Positions 8,326 through 18,230 of a DNA stretch of 64,000 nucleotides are shown here, piece by piece (within the stretch, counting starts at the first letter, position 1; every line of letters starts with the position of its first letter). Made by a program: the position numbers and the translations under genes. Under the pieces are notes generated by a model that worked only from the letters and a program-made list of their open reading frames with translations, had not been told where the DNA came from and did no database searches. The stretch comes from a virus (lineage: Duplodnaviria; Caudoviricetes), in IMG/VR virus record IMGVR_UViG_3300047491_000255, positions 60,819-124,818 of that record; one strand, given 5' to 3'.

Positions 8326-9072
8326 TCAAGAGATTTTCCTAAAAATTCGATTATGCATAACTGCCATAACTTCCTTCCAGTCTGGCTTTCCTTCGATTCT
8401 GTCCTTTACCGCACGAGATACATCCTCAATACCGGGGAATGATCCCCAATACATATTCAGAAAGTTGCTGGCATCATCCACAACGAGATAGCCTCCTCGC
8501 CTCACCATGTTCCCATAAACATCTAAATCCTTGACAGCAAAATCATATTCGTGACATCCATCCACGTAAACTATATCGAACGGTCCTTTAGGCAATACCC
8601 GAGTCCAAGTATCCGGGGAGTTAGAATCTCCACGCACGATCTGATCTTCTGAAAACGGAAGACAGAAATGAGCATGCAAGTTCTTGATGTGTTGCATGTA
8701 GTCCTCATCCGGAAACTTGTCAAATTTGTTGGTGACACCAGAAAATGAACTAAGTGGAGTGACACCCGTGATACTACAAGGCTTATTGAGCCTATCAGCC
8801 AGCATTCTGACAAGCGAAACAATCTGTCCCTTGAAGACTCCGATCTCCAAGAACCGAAAATTCGCAGGCATATCATCAATCAATAATTTCCACATCCATT
8901 GAAAGGAACGATCCCCAAATCCATAACAATGCTTTTCAACAAAGTCTCTGTGTTCCTTCAACCACGGCGTCTGATTGACAAAATTCGTAAAAGTATCGAC
9001 CACATGACGGTGTGCTTTTTCCGCATCACAGTATACTGCTTCCCATTCTCTTATCTTCCTATTCATTGCCAC
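8326..9072 (-). CDS. class I SAM-dependent methyltransferase (Methyltransf_24-like)
   Basis: FLEIGVFKGQ, DIVYVDGCHEY and GGYLVVDD motifs. Confidence 0.85.
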   Translation of the reverse strand: MAMNRKIREWEAVYCDAEKAHRHVVDTFTNFVNQTPWLKEHRDFVEKHCYGFGDRSFQWMWKLLIDDMPANFRFLEIGVFKGQIVSLVRMLADRLNKPCSITGVTPLSSFSGVTNKFDKFPDEDYMQHIKNLHAHFCLPFSEDQIVRGDSNSPDTWTRVLPKGPFDIVYVDGCHEYDFAVKDLDVYGNMVRRGGYLVVDDASNFLNMYWGSFPGIEDVSRAVKDRIEGKPDWKEVMAVMHNRIFRKIS

Positions 9073-9710
9073 AATCTCCTGGCATTCTCATCACGAATAT
9101 CCGCTCCGCCATGATGATGCGCCACAATTGGTTTAGTTCCAGTTAAAGTATTTGACAACTTCTTATTTTCAACCGATAGATGTTGCCAACTCCCTAACAA
9201 GGACTGAAACATCACACACTGAGTATCCAATCGTATCGCTGAAGTATCCTTAAGATAAACATCCGTGAACCATCTCTGATCATAAACCGTCGGGTCAAGA
9301 GGTCCATGCTTCTCGAAAAAATCCTTGAGGTATTCTCTCTCTGCAAGATAAGCCCCCGAATTGAGAAATCTCCAAGGAGTGTCACACGCAGGATACCTAT
9401 CAGCCTTCTCAGCATCCGGCCAACAATTCACCTCCGATTGACAAACGAATGGATGACCAAATCCAACAAAGCGTTCAAGCAACTCCTCCTCAGATGCCAT
9501 GACTACAACATCATAGGCATCAATGAGCATGATATGAGTATATTGAGTCATTGACTTGGCTGATTCGTAAGCCACAACCAATTTCTCTCCAAATCCTCTC
9601 CATCTTTCGAACTCATGATAAGAAAGCCCTCTCTCATTCAAAATGTTTCTAACAACAGGCAGTCTAGGGTCCTGCTTATTCGATGCAATCATAATAACAC
9701 CAAGATGCAT
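9063..9710 (-). CDS. PLOD/LH3-type glycosyltransferase domain protein
   Basis: LIDAYDVV, EVNCWPD, RFLNSGAY and DQRWFT motifs. Confidence 0.8.
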   Translation of the reverse strand: MHLGVIMIASNKQDPRLPVVRNILNERGLSYHEFERWRGFGEKLVVAYESAKSMTQYTHIMLIDAYDVVVMASEEELLERFVGFGHPFVCQSEVNCWPDAEKADRYPACDTPWRFLNSGAYLAEREYLKDFFEKHGPLDPTVYDQRWFTDVYLKDTSAIRLDTQCVMFQSLLGSWQHLSVENKKLSNTLTGTKPIVAHHHGGADIRDENARRLWQ

Positions 9711-9818
9711 AGAACCTCCTTTTTCAAATTCCGTTAGATTCGACCTTTTTAAATAGCGTATGGCTTTCTCCAAAATTCTTTATTGCATACCAAGCAATTA
9801 AAAATGCGCCTTGCCTTC

Positions 9819-10562
9819 TTATGGAATATCCAAAACACATAAAGAATTGATGCCCAAGTTTTGAACGATATCCCCATCCTTTATTCCTATCTCCCTGCGA
9901 ACTGCGGCAATCTTGGAATAAGTTTCCTCATAAGGCATCGATGGCGTATAAACCAACAATCCATTCTGATCCAAGTATCTAAACAGAGAAATAGCATCGC
10001 CATGTGCAGGAGTCCTAATCATGAAGATGTCGTGAATAGCGATCTTTCCACCATTACGCACCTTCGGGAAAAACAGCGGAACAAACCAATCACAAAAACT
10101 ATCCGTATGTTCCGAATCCATCAGAAGAAAATCAATTTTTGAAGGAACGTCATTCAAACGTTCGTGAATATCCCCTTGAAAGAACATCCACCTCCCGTCC
10201 GTCAAATCATGAGGCAAGTTTCTCTTTGCCGTATCCACGACATCGTAAGAAGTCAGTATGCCGAACCCATTATCCCTGAGTGCCCTCAATGTCCATGATG
10301 TGCTCCATCCACTACCACTAGAAATCTCACACGAAACATCAGGACGAAGGTCGCGAACAATCAAGTACATCACCTCCGCCTCCACATCGTCGAAGAAGAG
10401 ATAACCCTGCATCTGATTTCGAAGTTGCTTTTGCTCCTCTCTAACCTTGATCAAGTCCGATGCAAATCGCCGATATAGTTCGCACAGATAATCTGTCCGA
10501 TCACACACCCACAACATGCTGCCAATATCATTCTGATTCATAGTCGCTGTGATTCTACTCAT
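9819..10562 (-). CDS. class I SAM-dependent methyltransferase
   Basis: EISSGSGWST, IDFLLMDSEH, GGKIAIHDI. Confidence 0.8.
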   Translation of the reverse strand: MSRITATMNQNDIGSMLWVCDRTDYLCELYRRFASDLIKVREEQKQLRNQMQGYLFFDDVEAEVMYLIVRDLRPDVSCEISSGSGWSTSWTLRALRDNGFGILTSYDVVDTAKRNLPHDLTDGRWMFFQGDIHERLNDVPSKIDFLLMDSEHTDSFCDWFVPLFFPKVRNGGKIAIHDIFMIRTPAHGDAISLFRYLDQNGLLVYTPSMPYEETYSKIAAVRREIGIKDGDIVQNLGINSLCVLDIP

Positions 10563-11365
10563 TTTACATCCTTCTCGCTATTAATCTGATCTCTCCAAAA
10601 TGGAGACCTTTGCCCTGAAACCAATTCAAACCTAACCTGGTTGAATCTCGACATCCACCTTCCAGCCGACTCAGCCTTTTCAGTCGTATGCGCCGTTCCT
10701 CCATGATCAATATGATCGATTGGGATATGAGGAAGAAACACAGTCTTGAATCCAAGAATATGAGCACGCACACAAGCCAATCCATCATCATAGCCATAGA
10801 GATTTCCCTCATCCTGCATCTGATAAAGACCGCCAAACACATCCAACATCGCACTATTAAACGCCGTGCATGTTCCCATAATATCTGTTGCTTCTTCAAC
10901 AACAACCCATCTTTCTCCATGGTTGTGAGGCAACATCCTTAAAGTGCTCTTATACCAAGGATTTGTATTATCTGGATGTTGAGCAAGATCAGGTCTTTTA
11001 AGACCCACTATTCCTATGGATGAATCACATTCAAATACTCTTTCCATCTCGTCAGCCCAATGCGAGTGATTTATCACGACATCATTGTCCATCTTGACCG
11101 TATGCTCTCCCGGATTACGAAGACTCCATCCTATATTGACTGCCCTTGCCGTTCCAAGATTTTCTCCATTCTTGATAACGGCAAGTGGGAACAATTCTCC
11201 CATTTCCTCATACACCTTTTGAGTCTCGTCACATGAGCCATTGTCCGAAACGACGATCCTGTGCCTATCCATATTGACCCGCTTAGAGATAGACTCCAAT
11301 GTTCTTCGAGTCATCTCAGTGCGCTTATTCTCAACCGTATCAAACACCGCCATAACTATAAGCAT
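10559..11365 (-). CDS. family 2 glycosyltransferase
   Basis: IVVSDNGSCD, ENLGTARAVN, KMDND (DxD), YGYDD. Confidence 0.85.
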   Translation of the reverse strand: MLIVMAVFDTVENKRTEMTRRTLESISKRVNMDRHRIVVSDNGSCDETQKVYEEMGELFPLAVIKNGENLGTARAVNIGWSLRNPGEHTVKMDNDVVINHSHWADEMERVFECDSSIGIVGLKRPDLAQHPDNTNPWYKSTLRMLPHNHGERWVVVEEATDIMGTCTAFNSAMLDVFGGLYQMQDEGNLYGYDDGLACVRAHILGFKTVFLPHIPIDHIDHGGTAHTTEKAESAGRWMSRFNQVRFELVSGQRSPFWRDQINSEKDVK

Positions 11366-11375
11366 TCTATTTCTC

Positions 11376-12932
11376 CTATCTCGTGCAATTATCGCACCCG
11401 CCACACTTTCCATCAAATGTAATGTCTCCAAAATACCCACTGAGATATGATGCCCTACAATCCTTGCTCTTATAAAAAGACACAACTTGATTAAGCTTAT
11501 CAATTTTATCATTACGAATCAACTCAAATGGGGATCTTCTTTGAACACGATCCTTGTTTAAGTAGACCGCGTATTTTCCACGACCTAGAGTCGATACGAG
11601 ATGCTCGTTCTTAAGCGCAGCGATGCATCCGCCAACATTCTGGCACCTCGACATATCCGCCATCGCCTTCTGCGTCATGTTCAATTTGGCGGTCTTACTT
11701 CCCGGAACGACTTGGCTTAATGCCGTCTGCCGAATCCAAGTCCAGAAATCATCAATATCCTTGGCACTCGGAGATGTAAGATCAATCAAAAACATCTGTG
11801 TTCGATAGTCGATGGCAAAGTCCCAGAAAGTGACGCAGAACGAATCCTGTCCATCTCGACCTGCTCGACCAATTTCCTGATAATAATCCTCAATACTTTG
11901 AGACAACCCGGAATGAATGACAAACCGGACATCAGGACGATCAATACCCATTCCAAAGGCACATGTGGCAACGATCACTCCTCCATCCTTAGCCCACGCA
12001 TCTTGAATAGATGCACGCTCAGAGTCCTTCAATCCAGCATGATACAGAGTCGATGGGATTCCACTTCTCTTGAAATAACCGCAAATCTCATCAGACTCTT
12101 TTCTAGTAGGTGAATAGACGATCCCTGTCTTCTTGCCTTCTGTCACAAACTTTTTGACGAGCTTCGACATCTCTAAGAATTTATGATTTCCATAACCCTC
12201 AAACATCAGCAACTTCAAATTTGAGCGATGCACCCCACTAACGAACCTCTTGGCTTTTCCAATCCCTAGTATCTTGCAGATGTCATCCTGAACCTTCGGA
12301 GTTGCTGTAGCTGTCAACGCCACAACCTGTCTCGGATTGATTTTCTCGATGACACCACCCAATTCGGCATAAGACGGACGAAAATCATGTCCCCACCGAC
12401 TGATGCAATGACACTCATCCACTGCAAAGACATCAACTTGAATCCCGGAAATCGCCTTCATGAACTCGTCATTGGAAAATCTTTCCGGAGCCACATATAA
12501 AATCTTCACTCCTCCAGTTTGTACCTCCAACAACGCCATCTTTACATCACTCATCGGAACCGTAGAATTAATGAAGACCGCATTGATTCCAAGACTTTGA
12601 AGACGACTCACCTGATCCCTCATCAAGGAAATCAAGGGACTGACAACAATCGTGAGTTTGCCCGTGATTAAAGAAGGAATTTGGAAAATAATACTCTTGC
12701 CGTAGCCTGTCGGAAAGACTGCCAGAACTCCGTCCTTGCCATCCATGACCGCCTGTAGAACTTCTTCCTGCCCCTTCCTAAAGGAAGTATATCCAAAAAC
12801 AGCAAGTGCCTCCTTAGCCGTCATACATGCGTGAGAATCGACTACAGGGATTTCTTTGACTACTGACTCCACCACAGGAGATTGCTCCATGGCGGACTTG
12901 ATCTTTCTATAGCGTTCCAATATCGAACCCAT
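11376..12932 (-). CDS. recQ: RecQ-family ATP-dependent DNA helicase
   Basis: FGYTSFRKGQ, PTGYGKS, DECHCISRWGHDFRPSY, TATA, YHAGL, ATCAFGMGID, QEIGRAGRDG and C-terminal CGGCDNC. Confidence 0.95.
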   Translation of the reverse strand: MGSILERYRKIKSAMEQSPVVESVVKEIPVVDSHACMTAKEALAVFGYTSFRKGQEEVLQAVMDGKDGVLAVFPTGYGKSIIFQIPSLITGKLTIVVSPLISLMRDQVSRLQSLGINAVFINSTVPMSDVKMALLEVQTGGVKILYVAPERFSNDEFMKAISGIQVDVFAVDECHCISRWGHDFRPSYAELGGVIEKINPRQVVALTATATPKVQDDICKILGIGKAKRFVSGVHRSNLKLLMFEGYGNHKFLEMSKLVKKFVTEGKKTGIVYSPTRKESDEICGYFKRSGIPSTLYHAGLKDSERASIQDAWAKDGGVIVATCAFGMGIDRPDVRFVIHSGLSQSIEDYYQEIGRAGRDGQDSFCVTFWDFAIDYRTQMFLIDLTSPSAKDIDDFWTWIRQTALSQVVPGSKTAKLNMTQKAMADMSRCQNVGGCIAALKNEHLVSTLGRGKYAVYLNKDRVQRRSPFELIRNDKIDKLNQVVSFYKSKDCRASYLSGYFGDITFDGKCGGCDNCTR

Positions 12933-13223
12933 TTGATTGTTCTCCATCTGACCAATGGTTAATACGCACATCCAGCACATCCGAATACAAGCCCATGATA
13001 GCCTCTTGGCGTCGCAACCTTCTCCGCCACTACACTCGCTTTATATGGTTTCACATCTGATCCTTTCTAATCTCTATTATACGCCCGGAAACGGATTCTT
13101 ATCCGCAAACAGCTAATATCTCTTATCGAGTACGATTTTCAGCTTTATCTATGAAACATTTGCTGCCTTCCCGATATTCTGCTCTTCTATCCAGTCTTGA
13201 ACCGCCTGATATACACCCTTCTC

Positions 13224-13262
13224 AAAAAGAAAAGCCTCGGGAGTTCATCACTCCCGAGGCTT
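13224..13262 (-). terminator. rho-independent terminator after major capsid gene
   Basis: AAGCCTCGGGAG/CTCCCGAGGCTT stem followed by TTCTTTTT. Confidence 0.85.
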
Positions 13263-13287
13263 CCTTGCTTTCTATCGAACCGCGTGG

Positions 13288-14148
13288 TTAGACGCGAGTG
13301 ATGGAAAGTACTTGGAGTGCAAAGGGATTATACGCCCCAATGCCTATTTGCTCGAAGATCGAGAATCCGATCAGACGGTTCTTAGGATCGTCGGCGGACA
13401 GGACCGTCAACTCCGTGCGAACCGGGATACGACCGAAGAACTCTGCTTCGCCGCACACGTAGACCGTACCTTCCGGCACGATACGTGACACGATGAGCTT
13501 TGCTCCCCAGAGCGTCGCCATCAGACCCGTCTTCAACAGAATCGCCTGAGTCTCGATGTCCAGCGTGTCCCGATCCCACTTACGCAGGTCGGCATAGTCC
13601 TTGGCATTCAGGAACACGGTAGCGACACGAATGTCGGTACGCTCCACGTTTGCGAAGGCGTCAGCCAATGCGTTTGCGGTCAGGTTGCCAGTCACCGGAA
13701 TGACAGGATTCGGATTCGTCGGGTCAGCAGCCAGAGCGTCCATGACTGCGAAAACCTTGCGGTCCTCCTCAGCCTGAATCTCCGCCTTACCCAAGTCAAC
13801 CGAACGTTCGATCAGGTCGAACCGACGTTGCTTGATCTCCGTGAGCTGGATTTCCGGGTTCGAGGCGATCTCGAACAGAGGGAACAGCACACGCTTCGGC
13901 TTTGCAACCGCCACGATGTTTTCGCCCTCTTCGCCAACGACGTATGCCGTGACGTTCGGGTCCTTGTCGTAGATCGGCAGTGCGCCATCGGGGAGAGCTT
14001 CCACGAAGAACCCCTTACGACCAACCGACATGTAGTCTCTCCGGCGACGGAGAGGCTGGATCATGCTCGCTGCCAAACGCTGACGCCCTGCGGCGGTGCG
14101 AATGTACTGAGAGATGATGTCTTGCTTCATTTGATTGTCTACAGCCAT
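13288..14148 (-). CDS. major capsid protein (HK97 fold)
   Basis: 286 aa, AGGAGG RBS, HK97-like patterns (IQAEEDRKVF, LWGAKLIVSRIVPEGTVYV). Lies after the protease, scaffold and decoration genes and before a terminator. Confidence 0.85.
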   Translation of the reverse strand: MAVDNQMKQDIISQYIRTAAGRQRLAASMIQPLRRRRDYMSVGRKGFFVEALPDGALPIYDKDPNVTAYVVGEEGENIVAVAKPKRVLFPLFEIASNPEIQLTEIKQRRFDLIERSVDLGKAEIQAEEDRKVFAVMDALAADPTNPNPVIPVTGNLTANALADAFANVERTDIRVATVFLNAKDYADLRKWDRDTLDIETQAILLKTGLMATLWGAKLIVSRIVPEGTVYVCGEAEFFGRIPVRTELTVLSADDPKNRLIGFSIFEQIGIGAYNPFALQVLSITRV

Positions 14149-14161
14149 GGTGATATCCTCC

Positions 14162-14656
14162 TTATAGCCTCATGTCCAATCCCAAGGTAGGGCTTGAGGT
14201 TGATGGGGCCTTGGTGACTACCCCGATCAACACAGACGACGCCGTGGTTTCCTTCGTCAGGAAGCCCTGGGCCGAACCGTACAGGAGATCGCCAACAGCA
14301 TAAACCAAGTCTGCGTTTGCGGCCGCATTCCTAGTCTCATACACGTCGACTTCCACCGATGCATGAGCCTTCATAACGGCTACTTTACCACTAGCTACCG
14401 CCGGGCTGTTCTCGAACGCTGCGCCCGCAGCGTCATTGACGAACAATCCAACAGGTTGCAGAGCGGTCGTCATCGGAACAACTGTGTAATCCAGTCCAGC
14501 GCTGACCGCTGCAACAGAACCACCCAATACGCCCCGAGGAGTATTGACACTCAACGTCGTATTCGTGTTCACGCCGTAGTTGCTTTTGGTAAAGCAAGCG
14601 TCCGACAGAACAGGAATAGAGTTAAGTTGCCCACGAATTAGGATAGTCAGTGACAT
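14162..14656 (-). CDS. capsid decoration/cement protein
   Basis: Beta-rich 164 aa (PVGLF, YAVGDLLY, IGVVTKAP) immediately upstream of the capsid gene. Confidence 0.7.
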   Translation of the reverse strand: MSLTILIRGQLNSIPVLSDACFTKSNYGVNTNTTLSVNTPRGVLGGSVAAVSAGLDYTVVPMTTALQPVGLFVNDAAGAAFENSPAVASGKVAVMKAHASVEVDVYETRNAAANADLVYAVGDLLYGSAQGFLTKETTASSVLIGVVTKAPSTSSPTLGLDMRL

Positions 14657-14711
14657 TCTTAATTCCCTCTTTCCTTTTTTGATTCAACAAACGGCTATTA
14701 CTTGTTTCAAA

Positions 14712-14735
14712 CTCACGCCCCGTGAGGGGCGTGAG
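14712..14735. other. perfect intergenic hairpin CTCACGCCCC-GTGA-GGGGCGTGAG
   Basis: 10-bp perfect stem between the scaffold-like and decoration genes. Possible mRNA-stabilising or weak terminator hairpin. Confidence 0.6.
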
Positions 14736-14742
14736 GCATTCA

Positions 14743-15918
14743 TTACTTGAACGCTTCGCTGACATCTGGAGCCGACTGCCAGATGGAGCTAATGTCGACG
14801 CCTTCCGCACCAGCGGAGGCGACTCTCGGCTGCCCGCCGAGTTTCGATATGCCGGCCTTCTTCTGTGAAGCCTCGACCTTGCGGTCTGAGGTCACCGCTG
14901 TCATCCCTTCGGAGAACAGCACAGAAGCCAACCGTTCGTCTGCTTCAGGGTCAGGAGCAACCTCATCCTCCATCGCAGCGCTAAGCTCGATGTCGAACTC
15001 ATTCATTCCCTTCCTCGTTGCAGAAGCTTTCTTCTCGTCGACCTTATCGCCGACCTTCTCGTCAATCTTCTCGCCATCAGCGGCAACCTTGGGCTGCTCA
15101 TCTGAACCAGGCTTTTCGATAACAGGCTTGAGTTGAGACTCGGTAGCAGCCTTCTTCTCTTCGGTCTTTTCGACCTTGTCTTCGACCTTCTCATCTGCTG
15201 CTTTCTTCTCTTTCTTCTCGTCCTTCTCGTCTACCTTCTTCTGGATGAAGTCGGGGAGAGCGGCTTTGATAGCTTCAGAGACGATAGCGGCAATCATCGC
15301 CTTCATATCCTTGCCATCATCCTTCTCCTCAACCTTTTCATCGGCTGCTGCCTTCTTATCTTCTACCTTCTCCTCAACCTTTTCATCGGCTGCTGCCTTC
15401 TTATCATCCTTCTCCTCAACCTTTTCGTCGGCTGCTACCTTCTTATCTTCTACCTTCTCATCAGCCGCCTTCTTCTCATCAGCCGCATCCTCGTCCTTTT
15501 CGTCGACCTTCTCATCTTCGGCATAAAGCTTCTGCGTATCGGCGAAACGCTGAAGTGTGCGATCCATTGCCTGAGGACCCATAGCCATAAAGTCATGAGC
15601 CTGTGCCTCAACTACATCGTCGTCGACCTTCTCGCCGAGCAACAACATAGCCACACGAACTGCTTTATTGGCAGCGACACGCACAGAAGCGACAGTCGGG
15701 GACCGACCCCACACCTCTGGCACGCCAAAACCAATATCATCACGGCTGTCATCCTGCCACTGATGGCGCATGTCAGGAAGTTCGTGATTCACCTGCTGCT
15801 TGAAAGTGTGATACTGATCCCAACTTGGGTCCCTGCGGTCAGGCTGGTTGACATTGCCGGGATAAGGGGTTTGATCTGCCGCTGACCGGACACGGGATGT
15901 AAGTCTAACTCTATTCAT
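14743..15918 (-). CDS. scaffold-like acidic/lysine-rich head protein
   Basis: Start MNRVRL with AGGAGG. KKAAADEKVEEK repeats. Lies upstream of decoration and capsid genes. Confidence 0.7.
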   Translation of the reverse strand: MNRVRLTSRVRSAADQTPYPGNVNQPDRRDPSWDQYHTFKQQVNHELPDMRHQWQDDSRDDIGFGVPEVWGRSPTVASVRVAANKAVRVAMLLLGEKVDDDVVEAQAHDFMAMGPQAMDRTLQRFADTQKLYAEDEKVDEKDEDAADEKKAADEKVEDKKVAADEKVEEKDDKKAAADEKVEEKVEDKKAAADEKVEEKDDGKDMKAMIAAIVSEAIKAALPDFIQKKVDEKDEKKEKKAADEKVEDKVEKTEEKKAATESQLKPVIEKPGSDEQPKVAADGEKIDEKVGDKVDEKKASATRKGMNEFDIELSAAMEDEVAPDPEADERLASVLFSEGMTAVTSDRKVEASQKKAGISKLGGQPRVASAGAEGVDISSIWQSAPDVSEAFK

Positions 15919-15946
15919 GTTTTCTATCCTCCTTGTGTGATACTTC

Positions 15947-16447
15947 TTATGATTTTGATTCGAACTTAGCCACACGAGCGTCAATCGAATCGGCGATCCT
16001 GTCGATACGCAGAGCCATTGCCGTCCGTCCAGACTTCTCAAGATATTCCGCCACAGCATCCAACCGGGCAGACGCACTCTTCAGCCGAGCCACATAACCC
16101 GTCGGAGCTGCATCCAACATTGAATCGTCGGTTGTCAGTTCCGTTCCGTGTTCGAGGTCCTCAACTTCGGTAAGAGATTTCTGCGTGATCTGTTCCTCCA
16201 CGCCATCCGGGTCAACCAAGGACGCCTTCTTCTCGTCCTTCTCGTCAACCTTCTCGTCAATCTCCTCGTCATCAGAATCATCAGCAGCTTTGAGCTTCAA
16301 CTCAAGCGCTTCGATCTGAGCCGCAAGAACCTGACGCTCGCTCGCTTCCTTCTTGTCGGCTTCATCTGCCGAATCATCCTTGTCAGCAGCGAAACGACTC
16401 TCAAGTGCGGCAACTCTCCGTGCCAAGTTTGTCATGTCTATGCTCAT
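15947..16447 (-). CDS. acidic coiled-coil head/scaffold-associated protein
   Basis: 166 aa, GGAGG RBS, amphipathic terminal helices. Confidence 0.7.
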   Translation of the reverse strand: MSIDMTNLARRVAALESRFAADKDDSADEADKKEASERQVLAAQIEALELKLKAADDSDDEEIDEKVDEKDEKKASLVDPDGVEEQITQKSLTEVEDLEHGTELTTDDSMLDAAPTGYVARLKSASARLDAVAEYLEKSGRTAMALRIDRIADSIDARVAKFESKS

Positions 16448-16514
16448 TCAAATTCCTCCGTTTTTTCTTCACTTCCGAATATGGAAGCAGCACACTGCTT
16501 ACAACCATATACAA

Positions 16515-16530
16515 AATATAAAGAAATTAT
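16515..16530 (-). promoter_or_regulatory. candidate late promoter ATAATTTCTTTATATT
   Basis: Motif shared with 24115-24130, 42625-42640, 52181-52196 and 52218-52233. Confidence 0.5.
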
Positions 16531-16548
16531 TACAGTTTGAGTTGTTAA

Positions 16549-16851
16549 TTATTCGCCGAGAAGTTCACGGGCGAGTGTTACGAGCTTCTTCGCAACCTTC
16601 ACCTTGTCCGCCTCGGAAACCGGCCAATTGTTATTCGCCTTGGCATTCTGATCGCCCTGATCTTTGAGATCAGCAGCGCCAGCAGGACGGCTCTCATTCA
16701 CCGTCTCCTTATCTTCCTTTGCCGCCTTGTCCGCCTCGCTAACCAGACCAGCATCATCAATTGCCTTCACAGACTTCTCTAAGCCTTCAACGGCTGCGAG
16801 AACTCCAGCAACGACGGTATCATCCCTACTTGTCATTCTGTCTCTGCTCAT
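16549..16851 (-). CDS. small putative internal head protein
   Basis: 100 aa. C-terminal KVAKKLVTLARELLGE motif. Confidence 0.7.
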   Translation of the reverse strand: MSRDRMTSRDDTVVAGVLAAVEGLEKSVKAIDDAGLVSEADKAAKEDKETVNESRPAGAADLKDQGDQNAKANNNWPVSEADKVKVAKKLVTLARELLGE

Positions 16852-16924
16852 TTCTTCATCCTTCTTTCTGCGGTTTATAACCGCCGTTGTTTTAACACTC
16901 GCCCCCTTTTAAGGGAGCGAGACT

Positions 16925-17467
16925 CTATATGTGAACAGCAGGATTCATTAAGTTGATTCCTGCTTTCGCAAATAAATCATCCCAATCTGTGTAACCAGAA
17001 AATAACTTCCCATTCGCCGTAATATCGAGCCTTCCGAAAGTCTCTCCATTACTAGCAGTCGTCCGAGTGATTGTAGCAGACCAAACAACACCATTTGTTA
17101 CACCACTGGCAACTTGCCCTTTTGCTCTCCCACCATATCTAGCAGCAACCTTCTGCATGATCCGGCGAACCTTCGACAAGAACTCTGATTGAGGCATACC
17201 AGCCGCTGCTTGCCTTTCATATGCCTTCTTCATGCCCTTCTCGTTCGTATTCAGCCTGTGACGAGTCTTAGGATTTATAACCACATACCGCCTATCTCCA
17301 AGATAATCATCATAATCTCCGATAGCCCAAACATCTGTATAGCCCGGAAGACCTTCAACAACTACCTTATCTCCATGCTTAAACTTCGGCTTAGGTCCTC
17401 CAGGAGCCGCAAGTCCAAAACCGGCTACGACCCTCTCAGCAATTCTCATCTCATTAAGTGGATTCAT
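16925..17467 (-). CDS. putative internal head protein
   Basis: N-terminal MRIAERVVAGF motif, then an SH3/KOW-like FKHGDKVVV. Confidence 0.7.
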   Translation of the reverse strand: MNPLNEMRIAERVVAGFGLAAPGGPKPKFKHGDKVVVEGLPGYTDVWAIGDYDDYLGDRRYVVINPKTRHRLNTNEKGMKKAYERQAAAGMPQSEFLSKVRRIMQKVAARYGGRAKGQVASGVTNGVVWSATITRTTASNGETFGRLDITANGKLFSGYTDWDDLFAKAGINLMNPAVHI

Positions 17468-17639
17468 CGATTCCCCTTTTTCACACTGAACCATTTTCCT
17501 TTGCGAACTTCTCGATCTTAGCCCAACTAACTTCCATCCAACCAGCCGCCTCGACTCCCTGCCCCTGCATTGATTGCCAACTAAACACTGTTATCACATT
17601 TGATCCATGAAGCGATAGAAATCAATTCTCTGGCTATAT

Positions 17640-18230
17640 TCATAGATACCCAATCACCAAGTCTCGAACTACAATATCGCCCGATCCATGAGTCGCACCC
17701 TTTTTATTTACAATGGCGATGGTCTTACCATTACGAGTCTTAATCATCCAACACATGTAGTCGCCACTATCATCTAGAGTCACCTTGCCGATATTCATCC
17801 TCTCCAATGGATGACGCAATGACAAGAAGCTGTTGTTTCTCACAACACCCGCAACTACCTCAAGATCAACATCAGCCGCCGTCTTATCCTCTGATGCCAC
17901 AATCGGATGACGAATCCCTTCATCTGTAATGATGAAGCATTTTCTTCCGGACGTCACGACATAGCCTCCTTCTGAAGGCTTCGGAACGTCCTTGAAGAAT
18001 TTATCCTTCCACCCAACAGGAAACTCGGCACCATGTATGTAGACAAAGACAGCATCTCCGTAACCTAATCCACCAAATCCAATCGTCTTGGCAGAAAGAG
18101 ACTGGTATTTGATTCCAGCCTTGGACAAACGAGAGATAACATCTCTCTTCGCCTTTGAGACAAGTCCAGGATCGCCTGCTGCCGAAACCATACGAGAGAT
18201 GATTCTATCAATTATGAGTGATTCATTCAT
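17640..18230 (-). CDS. putative internal head protein (two domains)
   Basis: N-terminal IIDRIISRMVSAA. Domains joined by a KTAA linker. Confidence 0.7.
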   Translation of the reverse strand: MNESLIIDRIISRMVSAAGDPGLVSKAKRDVISRLSKAGIKYQSLSAKTIGFGGLGYGDAVFVYIHGAEFPVGWKDKFFKDVPKPSEGGYVVTSGRKCFIITDEGIRHPIVASEDKTAADVDLEVVAGVVRNNSFLSLRHPLERMNIGKVTLDDSGDYMCWMIKTRNGKTIAIVNKKGATHGSGDIVVRDLVIGYL

